A DNA stretch of 64,000 nt from Lama glama. Its lineage: Eukaryota. Where the stretch lies: positions 100,752,001-100,816,000 of the forward strand of contig CM052817.1 in assembly GCA_028534125.1 (NCBI GenBank), read 5' to 3'. Both the position numbers and the translations under genes were made by a program. The notes under the pieces were generated by a model. The model was not told where the DNA came from. It searched no databases and saw only the letters and a program-made list of their open reading frames with translations. Of this stretch, positions 25,851 to 38,630 are shown one piece after another (position 1 is the first letter of the stretch; every line of letters begins with the position of its first letter).

Positions 25851-26586
25851 AAGATGTATCAAATGTCAGATGCAATAATAAAAGTTCTTAGAATTATTTA
25901 CCCCCATGCCACAGCCAAGTGCATAATGAAAAATGTCCATTATTTATTATGTATAACATGGGAGTAGTTAATTGAGAATAAAAAGGCTAAGGCCCAGGAA
26001 TTCTACAATTTTTATTTTTAAATTGTTTTTAAAAATTTTAAAGGTTGAACATACCAAAAAACCTAAGGTGATCCCATCTATTTCTTAGACACAGAAAAAT
26101 CGTATTTCTCTTTATCTCCAGACCTCCCCTGTCCCTTTCATGTGCATGGACCTTGGCATTTCTGCCCTCCCAGGCCTCTCAGGAACAACTTCCATGCTTT
26201 AGGTCAAGACTGATGGGAAAGATCTCCACCAGAATCATGAATGTTCTGGGGAAGCTTTGAAGTGAGATATGAAGTCACTATTTCAAAATGTCAGGGATCT
26301 AAATTTTATTTTAAAGATATTGTATAGACAATGTTTCCAGAAATTCCATACACTTAGTAAGTGTTTATGTTACTTTGTGTACTTTTCCAGTCTCTGTTGA
26401 CTACTAAATCTACAGTTTAAAAGTGGTAAGCAGTATATTCATTCTGCTTTATGGCCTGAATTTTTCCGTGTAGATAATCTGAAACCTCCTCACTTTCAAA
26501 GATGTTCAGTTTTGCTAATATGTAGTAATTCATTTAATCATTTTCTTACTTGGGGTTGAGTTGTTTCTGATTTTTTTTTTATTATG

Positions 26587-27326
26587 CTGTCTCAGTTAAG
26601 ACTCTGGTTATGACCAACAAAAAGTGATTCAAGTTACTTTAAGTTGACAGGGTTATCCAGGGGGGCGGAGGGTGGGAAGGGATAGACTGGGATTTCAAAA
26701 TTGTAGAATAGATAAACAAGATTACACTGTATAGCACAGGGAAATATACACAAAATGTTATGGTAGCTCACAGAGAAAAAAATGTGACAATGAGTGTGTA
26801 TATGTCCATGTGTGACTGAAAAATTGTGCTGAACACTGGAATTTGACACAACATTGTAAAATGATTATAAATCAATAAAAAATGTTAAAAAAAAAAAGTT
26901 GAAAGCCTTACTAAAAAGGTAGAAGGGTGTGTCATGGAGTCAAAGGGTAAAAAAGCAGTTCGAGTGTCTGGAAGAAGCCAGAAAGTTGTCAGTCCATCCT
27001 CTGTTTATTTCTGTATTTCTTGGTGAATCTGCTTCATTGTTCTTTCCCTTGCCCTGATTGTCATTCCTTATAGGGGAACAGAGTTATCCCATAGCTCGAG
27101 CTTATTTTACTCCCTGACCATCTTCTATTGAGACTCACCTGGGATTCTGCATTCTAGTTCCACAACCCAGCTTGCATTAAATCCATCCCCAGCTGAGTTG
27201 TAGATCAGGAGGTGGAATTATCCAGTACATACAAGGATGCCAGGGCCCCTGTGGGGGAGGAGGGGCAGAAATTCCTAAAGAAGATAAGTTCATAGGCTGG
27301 GCTGACCCCTAAAAGATGTCACTACA
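26587..27326 (-). mobile_element. Old MaLR LTR (MLT1K-like) interrupted by a young L1
   Basis: Starts tgtctcagttaagactctggtt and ends aaaagatgtcactaca. Confidence 0.55.
26648..26895 (+). mobile_element. Young camelid-type L1 3' end with TSD
   Basis: gggaagggatagactgggatttcaaaattgtag...aaatcaataaaaaatgtt plus A tail. TSD aagttga at 26641-26647 and 26896-26902. Confidence 0.9.
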
Positions 27327-30300
27327 ATGTGAGTAATGCTGCTATGAACAAGTCTGTGGAAGATAACTTTTTTCTTTGACCTTGGAATATGTTCTTCAGA
27401 GTGGAATTACTGGGTCTCAGAGTGGGGACAGTCCATGACTTATCCTTCGACAATGTGAGCTGGGCCATTCTGAGGCCAGGAGAGGAAATACGGGTGTTGG
27501 GAAATACTGGTCTGGCGACTCTCAAGAAACTCTCCCTTATCTCCATGATATGCCTTCTAAGCCACTGCCTGTCCCACCCTCAGTGAGCACCAGAATGAAT
27601 ACACTCTTCACAGCCCTTTTTGGGGGGTGGGGTGGGGTGGGACTGGTCTACTAGTATTTATTGAACAGAAGAAATAAGAGGACAATCCAATCCAATGCAT
27701 CTGTAATAGCATCACATTCTTAAAGGGTGTCAAGAAGCTGCAAATGAGTTTCTTCTCACAAATAAATACCTCCCATCTTTTCATCTTTCCAACTGGTCCC
27801 ATTTCCCAACCCTTTTTGTATTTTCTGGCCTTTCTCACCTTCTCTCTACTTTCTCATCCCAGACCGAAGATCTGATCATTTTCCCTCTAAAATGCAGTAC
27901 TAAGAAATTCTCATTGGCTTAAACTATTAGTTCCTCTGAGTAAATGACAACTTTTGAGGATATTGATTACCTAAGTACTTTACATTTTTCACATTTTTAA
28001 CAAAATAAGATGTTTTTAAAGTTGGGGTCAGAATTTTAATCTCCCTTTGCATTCCTTAACTCCTGAATTTGGGAACTGGAGAGGAGTCAGTACAGGATTT
28101 TAGGAAGTTGGGGGAAGCACAGGCTGGAGAGAACCAGGACTGAGGGTGACACCATCCACGCTGGTCTAGCTTGGGAAACCATGAAAGGGGCCACACTCAG
28201 GAGGAAAGAGAGGGAGGCATCTGACTGACCTGGAGGGAATGGCAAAGCGTGGCCTCTGGGCAGGCAAACTAGCTACTGAAACTTAGGGTCTTGAGTGGGC
28301 AAGAAGGTAAAGCTTGTAGCCCAAGTGTCCAGATGCGTGTCGCAGGAGTGGATGAAAAACATGTCCAGCTCAAGGGGCCAGAAGGGTAATCAGAGAGGTT
28401 TGATTCCATACCTCAGCATCGAAGGAAATTTTTGCCATGTGTTTTCAATACACCATCATGCCCCCAATTGCCTTTTTCCTTCACTCTTTGTAATGCCCCC
28501 ATGTTGCTTACTTAAAATTACACAATTCACAAAGGCAGTGACTCTTGGTCAGAGCATGACTCTTGGTTCCAAGTCAGAGGTCTCATCCTCTGTCTTGTTT
28601 ATAAATGCAAGTGACGGAGGCTGACATAGCCAGGTGTGTTCTTAGGACTGCAGGTGCCCTAGGCCGGGGCTGCAGCCCAGGCAGGGGATGGGGCCCTTTC
28701 CTTAGATCCTTCATCATTTTACACTCTCCCAGCTAATTTTAAGGGTATAAAGGGAATGGCAGCTGGCTTCTGAGTTTGCAGGGAAAAGTGCTAAAAGCAA
28801 ATAAGCAGTTGGAAGTTGTCTTGAAGTTCATGGAATGAATCAAGCATCGATGTGTAATAGAGGGGCTAATAACTGTTCTGGGAACACTCTACCAGTATGT
28901 TAGAGAGATGGTTGGCCATTTGCTTTTAAAAATTCAAAGAACAGCAATAGCAAAAGCCACTCTAGCAGTTTTAGGGGATTGCTGTGGGCAAAAATCACAA
29001 AAGAGGAGGGGAAGGGGGAGTGAGTGAGGGCCATTAAGCAGCTGTCTGTTAGGGAAGATACAATTTAAAATAAGATAAACATCCATTGTCCTGTAAAACA
29101 AATATTTTTGCAACATTTCCATCCCTGCCTCCTTACTCTGCTTTTTTTCAGACTTTGCTGGAATGTAGGATGGAAAAACAATGTGAAGCTCACATAGAAT
29201 ATGGCTTGATCCCAGCCATCAGTATTGAGGGAAGTGTTTGCCATGTGTTTTCAATACATTGTAATTCCCTAAAATTGCCTCCTTTCTTCACTCTATTGTA
29301 ATTTCCCCCCATGTCGCTTTATTTTAAATTGTACAATTCATAAAAGATTAAGACTTACTCCAATGAACATGCTCAAATTTCTCACTTGACATAGAATTGC
29401 TTGTGTTTCTGTCTTTTGTTAGTGACTAACCCTCCCGAATACTTAATTTTTAATAAATATTAAGCGGTGTATTTCCTTTTATGTTCTTGGTTAGAAATGA
29501 CATAATCAGGCATACTTTCCAATTTTGCAACTTTTTGGATAATGTATTTTTTGTAATGACGAATCAAAATAGATTAAATATTCAAATGCTTCCTTGAATT
29601 CAAAACAGAGACAAGGGGATTCTAGGAAAACACTAGGGAAATGTGACTCTGCAATGGAATTGTGTCAAATGAAACCTGGAGAGTAAACTGAGGAATGTCC
29701 TTCTTACCATAAACCCCAGAAGTGGAAGGAGAACTTAAAAAAAAAAAAAAACAGGAATATCTCAAAGGAGATGATATTACTGCGTGTAACAATCATTTCA
29801 ATTATTTCAGGTTATGTGTGATAACCTGAATCCAGCAAAATGAACATAATGGACTCTGATTTAACTAGGTGGGAGAACAATTTTTCAAAGCAGTGAACTC
29901 CAACTAGTATTTAGTAGAGTTTTTTTTTCGCTATGCTATTGACCTACTTTCGGACGTGGACTCACGAATCCCAGGCTCCTAGGAGGGTAGGAGGAAAAGT
30001 TACTTGTTTATATTCTGCAATTTATTACATTAATTTATGGTCCTTCAAGTCTGGGCAGGGGCTGGGCTGTTCTTGTTTTATAGAAGAACCTTTTTGTCCT
30101 TTGTTGGGGACGTTTCCAGCAATTTAACAATTGACTCTAATAGGATCTTATGAATAAAACTAATGAAAACATGAAGAAATGAACTCTAGAGACCAAACAT
30201 ACAGTAGCTTATTGTTCACTCTCTGGAGAATAGAAATACCTTCCCTAACAAGGTACAATGGTGCAAACAGGAACTAACACTTGGGTTTGAATGAACAAGG

Positions 30301-30646
30301 CATTCAGGGTCAGAAGGAGGCCAATACTGCTGACCTTAACCTGGTCAGTGAGAATGAACTCCGTCAGCGAGTATAAGCAAAGAGATAAATGTGCTTCAGC
30401 TTTGGGCTGTGTTCAGATGATTCTTAAAGTTGTTTTAAGAGAGAAACAAGTTACAAAGTCTAGTTTTCTGTCTTTTGACCCATCTCAGTGCTGTTTTTTT
30501 TTTTTTAAAGGATCTATAGATAATACATAGCGTTTTCTCTTTCACCAAGGCCAATCCTTATTTTGCCTATTCTGCTGGATCTTGGGGAGTATATGGGAAA
30601 CATGGAAAGGGGGGGTTCATCCAATTGAAATATCCAGGTGGCTTTT

Positions 30647-31371
30647 TAAAATTTATTTTTTATTGAAGTACAATCAGTTATAATATGTCAATTTCTGGTG
30701 TACAGCAGTGTCCCAGTCATGCATATATATATACATATATATATTTATTTTAATATTTTTATTAAAGATTATTATAAGATATTGAACATAGTTCCCTATG
30801 CTATACAGAAGAAACTTTTAAAAAATCTATTTTTATATATAGAGGCTAGCATTTCTAAATCTCAAACTCCCAAATTTATCCCTTCCCACCCCCTTTCCCC
30901 GGTAACCATAAGATTGTTTACTATGTCTGGGAGTCTGTTTCTGTTTTGTGGATGAGTTCACAGTATCCTTTTTTTTTTAGATTCCACATATGAGTGATAT
31001 CATAGGGTATTTTTCATTCTCTTTCTCTCTTTCTGGCTTACTTCACTTAGAATGATGATCTCTAGGTCCATCCATGTTGCTTCAAATGGCAATATTTCAT
31101 TCTTTTTTATGGCTGAGTAATATTCCATTGTATAAATATACCACAGCTTTTTTATCCAGTCATCTGTCAGTGGACGTTTAGGTTACTTCCATGTCTTGGC
31201 TATTGTATATAGTGCTGCTATGAACATTGGGGTGCATGTATTTTTTCGAATTAGAGTTCCCTTCAGATATACACCCAGAAGTGGGATTGCTGGATCATGT
31301 GGTAAGTCTATTTTTAGTCTTTTGAAGAATCTTCATTCTGTTTTCCTTAGTGGCTGTACCAAACTGCATTC
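30647..31371 (-). mobile_element. L1 3' end (~725 bp) with TSD
   Basis: L1 3' UTR plus ORF2 end. TSD cca(g/a)gtggctttt at 30634-30646 and 31372-31384. Confidence 0.95.
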
Positions 31372-31509
31372 CCAAGTGGCTTTTAATTACCAAATTCTTC
31401 AATGTTATTAAGCCTATTATTGGAGTTGCAATCAACGAGAGACTCAAGACACACCCCTTCACACCTCTTGGGACTCAGTGTTTCCATCTATAAAATGAAC
31501 GCATGGGAC

Positions 31510-31773
31510 CAGTGTTTACCCAAGTATGCTACCCCTAGCACTGGTTGTAGGTGCGACGATTTTAGGGGTATGTGGATAACTGCTCTAAGTTATGTATTTC
31601 TTTACTAGCTTATAAAACTGTGATGTTTATGAATATTACAGCTTAGAAGTAAAGCAGGTATTAAGGTTTTTTAAAAGCAGTCAACATCAAGAAAAATACT
31701 AAGTAAATGAAATGAGGATATGTCATAAAATAGTGACATGTTATTTTTGAATGAATAACATCTGGAAAATACT
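31510..31773. mobile_element. hAT-Charlie-type fossil next to MIR sequence
   Basis: TIR-like ends cagtgtttaccca / tggaaaatacta; MIR-like cagtgtttccatctataaaatg just upstream. Confidence 0.45.
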
Positions 31774-32214
31774 AGACTGGATTATCCCCAAAGTATGTTT
31801 TAGCTCTAAGTCTAAAATGTCTACAATTGTTAAGCCCTTGTTCCAAACCTTATTCACATTCACCATATTAGAGAAGCCAAAATTAAATAAAACAGATGAA
31901 GGTTAAAGAGCAGACGTGAAAAGGAAGAAAAGCAAAGTGCTTAGATAATACTTAGGCTTGAGAATCACTCAAGAATTAAAATTGGACACATATTCTTTGA
32001 TTTTGACATAGAATTTTAGCATAACTGTCCAAGCAACTTCATGCCACACTTTCGTAAAAGCCTTTCAAAAGACCCCATCTTGAATGAAAAGTTCTGTAAA
32101 TGTGCCCCCAAATGTTTATAGTCCGATCAACACTGGTGTTCTAAAAGAGTTGCCAATTCTATTGTGGTTGTCCTTTAACTGCTCGTTGGAATGGAAAGAA
32201 AGTAACATACATAC

Positions 32215-32460
32215 TGCCTTCATTTACTGAGTGCCCAGCAATGGCCTTGAACTTTATAAACTTGATCTTGTATAATCCTCACAACAACCCTACAAAAGAG
32301 GTATTATTTCCCCTATTTTCAGGTTAAGAAACTGCAGCTCTTTGAGTTTCCTAACTTGTTAACTATCTTACCCAAGGGCTTATAGCTAGTCTGTGGTGAG
32401 AAGTTTTTAAAAAATGCCACTCAGCTCTGTCTCATTTCTAGGCTCACACTTGTTCTACAG
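32215..32460 (-). mobile_element. MIR
   Basis: catttactgagtgc...taatcctcacaacaaccctac...tattttcaggttaagaaactg. Confidence 0.8.
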
Positions 32461-32578
32461 CATAAAAGCTTTATGCTAGAGTTTTAAAGAAACACCTCTC
32501 CTTCTCTTCGTGGGAAATAAAGAGGCCTTTGGACTTGACCCAGAAAAGCTTTGGGAAGAACTCACATTCTTGAAGAGG

Positions 32579-32930
32579 AGGTCAGAGACTCAGGCTGAAG
32601 TCGCAAGTACAGGGTAGGTCATTTCAAAGAAATGTGATCCTTGACCTTTGCCACCTCTGTCCAGATGGTTCATGCCACATTCTGGGTCTCTGATGGAGAC
32701 TCTCCTTCTCTGAGCCTCTGCAGGGAACCACCCCTGCCCCTTACCCCTGACGCCTGACATGAAAGCTGGCATCTTTCTTCACTGCCCTGGTTTTCCTTCC
32801 CCCGCAGCTTATCTGTCCATATCCCAGCGGACCAGCCTGTTCTCCCTGCCTCTCCACCAACTGTTAACTCTCAGCAGAAAGTGACCGCACTGTTGGCCAA
32901 AGTCATACAAAGTCACCCCTTGACCTTTCC
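32579..32930. promoter_or_regulatory. Candidate nuclear-receptor enhancer
   Basis: AGGTCA at 32579 and 32616; TGACCTTT (NBRE AAAGGTCA on minus) at 32642 and 32921; CAAAGTCA twice near 32900. Confidence 0.4.
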
Positions 32931-34413
32931 TTCCCTTTTGTCCTCAAGGAGTCCTCTTCAGAATGCTCTGGGAAGTCTAAGGAAGACCCACTACACATTC
33001 CTTTTTCTTTGAGAATTCTCTCTGCTGTCCAGAAGCAACGTGGGAGGATCTGAAGTTAGAGACCATGTCCCCTTTATCCCTCTGGGAAAAGTTCTTAAAC
33101 AAATTAACTTCACTTTTTTAACTACAGTCAAAGAAGTATCTTATCAAATCGGGAAATAAAACAGAAAGCATTTACAGGATTTGGAAAGCAGTCTTAGTCA
33201 TGAAGGTGCTAAGGAGAGAAGGAAGCTCGTCTAAGCCTACTTTGTTTGAAACACAAAGGCTTCAGTTACGGACAGCTGACAGGTGCCCAGCGCAGTTGCT
33301 CAAGGGCACAGAGCCCAGTACAGAAAATGTGGATGTCAGCCCTCGGTTTAATCCCACCCCCAATTGTCTGTTATCAGCGCCTTTCCCACTCACCGGTGAA
33401 GCCCTGACGGAGGCCCATGTCCTCAGGAGAACTCTCCAAGGCCTGGCCAACCCACCTCGTAGTCTCCGTCTCAGCTTTGCAGTTCAAAAAAATGGCCCAA
33501 TCTCAGCAATTCCAACATACGTATTTCCTTCCCATCCCGGGAGGTGACACCTTTGCCTTGTACTTGACCTCTACCTCCTTCACTTTCAAGGGACATCCCT
33601 TCTGGATTGTTCCTTGGCAGGCCAGTCCCACATCCAGACACCATCGTTAGCACTGACTGCCCTGCATTTAGCTGGGCAGGAGCTCTGCTCTGTGGCCCCT
33701 TGTCCCCACCCAGCTTGCTTGTGAGAGGGTTTGAAATGTACAAGGACCATATCCTGAGAAAAGTAGGGGACAGGATGTTCTTCAGGGAATTCCCACCACT
33801 GAGCAAGCCCCAGAGCCCGCATAGTATATACATACACCCCAAAACATAAGCTGCCTCACCCTTACTACAGAGAAAGTGCACCAAATTTTTCTATGTTAAT
33901 ATTTTAATTAATTTAAAAATTTTAAAGTGCCAGTAGGTACCCACTACATTTATTTCATGACACATGAATGGGTTGTGACCTATTGTTAGAAAAATACCTT
34001 GTAGAGAAGGCCTTCTGGATAAAGTCTTTGAATACAAATGGAAAGATATAAAAATGGGTCCCCCTGGAGGCTTGCTTTCCTGGGCGCCCTGACCTGGCCC
34101 TTCTTGTCCTGCCCCACTCTGAAGCCTGAGCTCTGAGTCTGAGAAGGAATCTTCCGGTCTTTCTCTTGTTCTGACTCAGGGTTACCTGACCGAGGGGGCT
34201 CGACAGCTGCTTGGGGAACCTTGATCTTCCTTGCTTCTGCCTCCACTCCCCAGCTCCACACCAGGCATCCTGTCTAGAATTTCTTGCCCCTGAAAATGTG
34301 TGCAGAGCCGTGATATGAAATTGTAGCTTTGGAGAGTCATCCATTTGCCATTTTAATGATTCTACGTTTTAGTTCAATTTTGAAAACTCAAAATGTATTT
34401 GGTACACTTTGTC

Positions 34414-34760
34414 TTTTTTCCTATGTATATTTTTATTGAAGTATAGTCAGCTTACAGTGTTACATCAATTTCTGGTGTATAGCACAATACTTCAGTCATG
34501 TAGGGACATACATATATTTTCGTATTCTTTTTCATCATAAGTTACTACAAGATATTGAATATAGTTTCCTGCACTATACAGTATGAACTTGTTGTTTATT
34601 GGATTTTGTGAGTACCCTCCTGTATTTCAAAACGAAAGACACTCTGCCAGAGTTCAGTAGTTTTCTGTGTGATTCAGTGGGTTTGTAGATATAATTCTTG
34701 GTGTATTTGTGGGAGAGGGTGAGCTGTGAATCTCTGCTCTGCCAGCGTGGCACCTCCCCC
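34414..34760 (-). mobile_element. Bipartite mini-L1: ~160 nt of L1 5' end fused to ~185 nt of L1 3' end
   Basis: 34414-34600 is the same L1 3' UTR type seen elsewhere in the window. 34601-34760 on minus reads gggggaggtgccacgctggcagag...ctcaccctctcccacaaatacacc...ctactgaactctggcaga, resembling the cetartiodactyl L1 5' terminus as I recall it. Confidence 0.75.
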
Positions 34761-34959
34761 AGTATAGTTGATCTTAACAGATGACACCACACACAAACGA
34801 GGGCGCCCAAGTACTAGCATCATCACCATCAGTTATTAAAATGATTGAGATGGAGAAATGGCACAATTATACTGCCCAAGTATATTTTTCAATGTCTATT
34901 CTATTCTCCAAGATCAAAAAAGTCGGAATTTTTCTTCAGTGCTTTTATTATAGATTGTG

Positions 34960-35112
34960 TTATTTATCAGTGGTTATTTGATTAATTGCAATCTCCTCCG
35001 TTAGTCCAAATTCAATGAGATCAGAAACTGTTTAGCTAACTCCTCAGCGCCTAGCGCAATACTTGGTATAAAGTGAGTTTCAAGAAACATTTGCTGAATG
35101 AATAAATGAATG
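34960..35112 (+). mobile_element. L2 3' end
   Basis: cctcagcgcctagcgcaatacttgg...aaacatttgctgaatgaataaatgaatg. Confidence 0.75.
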
Positions 35113-35319
35113 TTTCCTTCAAGAAGACTTCAGTAAGATTTCTTTTTCCACAAAGGCTTTGAACTTTCTTTCATGTCTTATAAACTAGAATACTGAATGT
35201 GAATTTGTCCCAGAATCAAAAAATACATGTATAACCCTACAGTGTTGAGTTATCTTAGGGTCCTAATTGGGGCATAGTCCTCCTAAAACAAACTCATCGG
35301 CATCCAACCCCAAATGTAG

Positions 35320-35435
35320 CTTTCCAGTAATAAGAGCTGCCGTCTATTGCACACCTAACTCTAGGAGGTGGGTACTATTATTGAACCCATTTTACAGAAG
35401 AGGAAATCGAGGCTCATAAGGGCTTAGTCTAGGTC
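35320..35435 (-). mobile_element. MIR
   Basis: ggtactattattgaacccattttacagaagaggaaatcgaggctca. Confidence 0.8.
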
Positions 35436-35939
35436 ACTAGATTCTATACATTTTGCTTTTATGCCATCCTGTTATGTAACACCTTGTCATCTTTTTAAAA
35501 GTGTTTTTTCTCTCCATCCTTCTGAGAATCTTTTGTGCCAAAGGAGCAGTAAAAAATGTCATGGAAAATGAATGAGCTTTAAAATCAGGTTGTTCCAAAA
35601 AAGAGTGTGTAATGTCATGATGGAGTGGCTTCTTAAAGATGTTTACACACATTTTGAACATGCCTTTTAAAAAATTTGTCTTTTCTCAATGTAAGTGAGT
35701 GACCAACCTTTCGAATAACATCATCACTGACTGATCTTAGATTATATTCTCTCCAGTAGAAAGGGATGTCACGGTAACTGAGAGAAGTAGTCAGTTCTAA
35801 AATAAACAGATTTTAAAGTGAGAAATAAGAAACAATAATTTGACAATAGTTGAGGGAAAAAGGCATTCCAAACAGTTTTGTAAAGTTATAAGAGGGAGAT
35901 TTTATTTATCTGTAAGTCTATGAATAATTTCTACCTTGA

Positions 35940-36600
35940 AGCATGGAAAGGGTTCTTCAGATGTATTTTAATCTGAAAGCTCTCTGCCTCTCCTCTTGCC
36001 AGTTTCCTCTAATTGAGTGGGTAGAATGTGTAAAAGGTGCCAAACGGGGCTCACAGGAGCATTGTGGTACACGCTTTCTGAATTTTACAAAAGCAGTGGC
36101 AATTTTTATTACTTTTCTCAGGGTTATTTGCATTTTAAAAGGACACATATCCTGATACTGTTTTGTCTCTCATAATTGATCATCATAGTGGCTTGCTTTA
36201 AGAACCTGGCCGGTAACAAACACAATGACCGCCCTGAGCACGCAGCAAATGCTGAGTACGTGAAAACTGATGTTGGAATTGACCTCACCAAGCACCGCGC
36301 TGAGAGGTCGGTGAAGATTGATCCGTGTTCTTTCTGCCCTCTTCTCCTCTCTTTCTTCATCCCACCTCTGACCTCAGGAACTAAATTGGGATTCTTTCTG
36401 CTGGCTCATAGCCGGAAGGTGCCAACAATTAAGTAACAAAGTACTAGCTGGTAACGGTAAGGCAACTGCCCCCTTGGATTTCTGCCTGCAGCCAGTACAG
36501 CTGGGCTTGGACAGCTGCCAGGGAAGCCATGGTGGTCTAACCACCCAAAGAACAAACCCATGGAATCATGTTGAGGTGCAAAAATCAAAGTGAGAACTGA
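35940..36600. promoter_or_regulatory. Repeat-free, CpG-retaining block; candidate conserved non-coding element
   Basis: Unique sequence with local CpG retention, SOX-like ACAATG (~36222), TACGTG (~36257), TAATTG and TGACCT/AGGTCG half-sites. Confidence 0.3.
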
Positions 36601-37399
36601 TGCAGGTAAATAATGTTGCCTTGATAGCCAACTCTGATCTTGTCACTAAGAAGTTAGGGATAAGGTGAGAAATAGATTTCAGTGTGACGGGGTTGATTGG
36701 TTATTTGGTAAGACTGAAGGAACAGTGGGAAAAGAATTTCACCCACTAACGAGGAGTACTTGTTACTCATCCTCCCTCACTACCTCACCATGTGGCCAGG
36801 GATGTCTCACCTGGCTGGTCTGGGAGTGTTCATATGCCTGAAAATGTATACCTGTTGAACAGAAACTCCAGAAACCTGGGTTCCTTCCTTCCCATGTCAG
36901 GTGAAATATATTTTTTCCTTTCTTTTAGAACAAGATACTATAGTAGCAATAGAAAGATTATAATTTTTTAGAAAACCATGTAAATATTGTAACTCAAACA
37001 AAACTTTATTTTTGCATGTTACTTCCCACATGACTGGTTCAAATATAGCTACACTCAGAGTGTATTTATACAGAAATATTATGCAGAAATATTTAACAGT
37101 AAATAAATCCACCCACTTGAGCAAAAACCTGTTCTTTGATCTCTTCACTGAAATTTACTAAATACATTGCCAAATCTTTTACACATTCTGCCTAAGCTCT
37201 ATTTCTCTCTCCTTCCAGGAGTGAAGGATCCTGCAGGACATTAGACATTTCGTTTGACTTTTGGACATGTGCTGTCAGTGGAATTTTAGTCTGTAAACTA
37301 AACCTCATATACATCTGGTCTAAACTGTGACCTTTGGGTTGTCCCAACTTTCTATTTGGTTTCAGCTTCTACATCTTTGTTAAAAATTCTTCTCTTGAA

Positions 37400-38630
37400 A
37401 TGAGTGATCACTCCACCTTCTCAAAACGCTCTTCTGGGGCATTCTTATGTGACTCCATATCTTCTTGGGGCCCCTCATATTTCTCCAGCCAGTCTTTCTA
37501 GCAGGCTTCTTTGCTGACTTCTCCTCAACTCAGCCTTTAAATGTTGGAGTTTTCCAGGCTTGAACCTGGAGCCCTAATCTCATCTCTCAGATTACCATCT
37601 CCCTAGGGCGGGTCATCTCTTCCCATGGTTTAAACACTTCCCCAAGCCTCTCCTCGAAGCTCAGATATCCCATATGTTCACTGTACTTATCACACTGCCT
37701 CCTTGCCGTTTCCCTTATTTGAAGACTGAAGATGCTGGTGGAAATAATCGTAGAAGAATCTTACAGCAGGACCATCTTTAAGAATTCAGAACTTTTCTCA
37801 CGGGCACCTCAAACACAACATCTCCAAAACAAAACTTTTGATTCAACCCAGTGCCCACCCTAGAATGTTCCCTCTCCTGGTTTTCCTCCAGCTCATTGAG
37901 TGGGACCATCCCACATCCAGTTGCTAAACCCAAAAGGCCCTTTCACACTCAATCCCTCCCTCCCTCTTTCTCTCACTTTCAATGAGTCCCACCATTTCTA
38001 CTTCCTTGACTATTTCTCATCTTCCAGAGTTTCTGTGAGCCCTTCTCCACTCTTTCCTGGATCACTGGAGTAGTGGCCTCACTGACTTCTGTATTCTCTT
38101 ACTCTTGCTTCTGCCAAAAGCTAGCCAGAGTCATTTCTTTCAAACATGAATTGAATCATGATACCTCAGTGTTTCACCACCTTAAAAAAATTGTGTTTCC
38201 AATGAAATCTAGACTTCGTTCATGATCTACATGATCTGGCCCCCTTTCCTATCTTGTCCCCCTTGGTCCCTTGCTCTGTACACCTCAGCCTTTCAGTGGT
38301 CCCTCACTGAAATCCTTTCTCTAACTGAATATACCAACTCCTTTTCTGCTTCAAGGCCTCGTTACTGTTCCTTCTGCTTGGGACCCTTACTCTTTGCTTG
38401 TCTACCTTCTGTTATTCCTCAAGCCTCAGCTTCACTGTGACCTCCTCCGAAAGGCCTCCCTCTGCCTAAGAGACACACCCCCCCATTAATATCGCACTGC
38501 ATCTTTTCACTTATAGCATTTATCACATATTTAATTGTGCATTTTTCATCTGTTTATTGACCACCAATTGCCTCTGCCACTTATCTTTTCACTAGTTACT
38601 AGCATATTAGTATTTGTACAATGAATGCTT
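37400..38630 (+). mobile_element. L2 fragment containing a ~77-bp foreign insertion
   Basis: cctttaaatgttggagt, ttctcacgggcacctcaaacacaacatctccaaaac, gctagccagagtcatttctttcaaacatgaattgaatcatg, gtgacctcctccgaaaggcctccc. Confidence 0.8.

Noticed and set aside
36280..36312. Short inverted repeat GACCTC...GAGGTC
   Set aside because: Stem too short for a miRNA or other structured RNA call.
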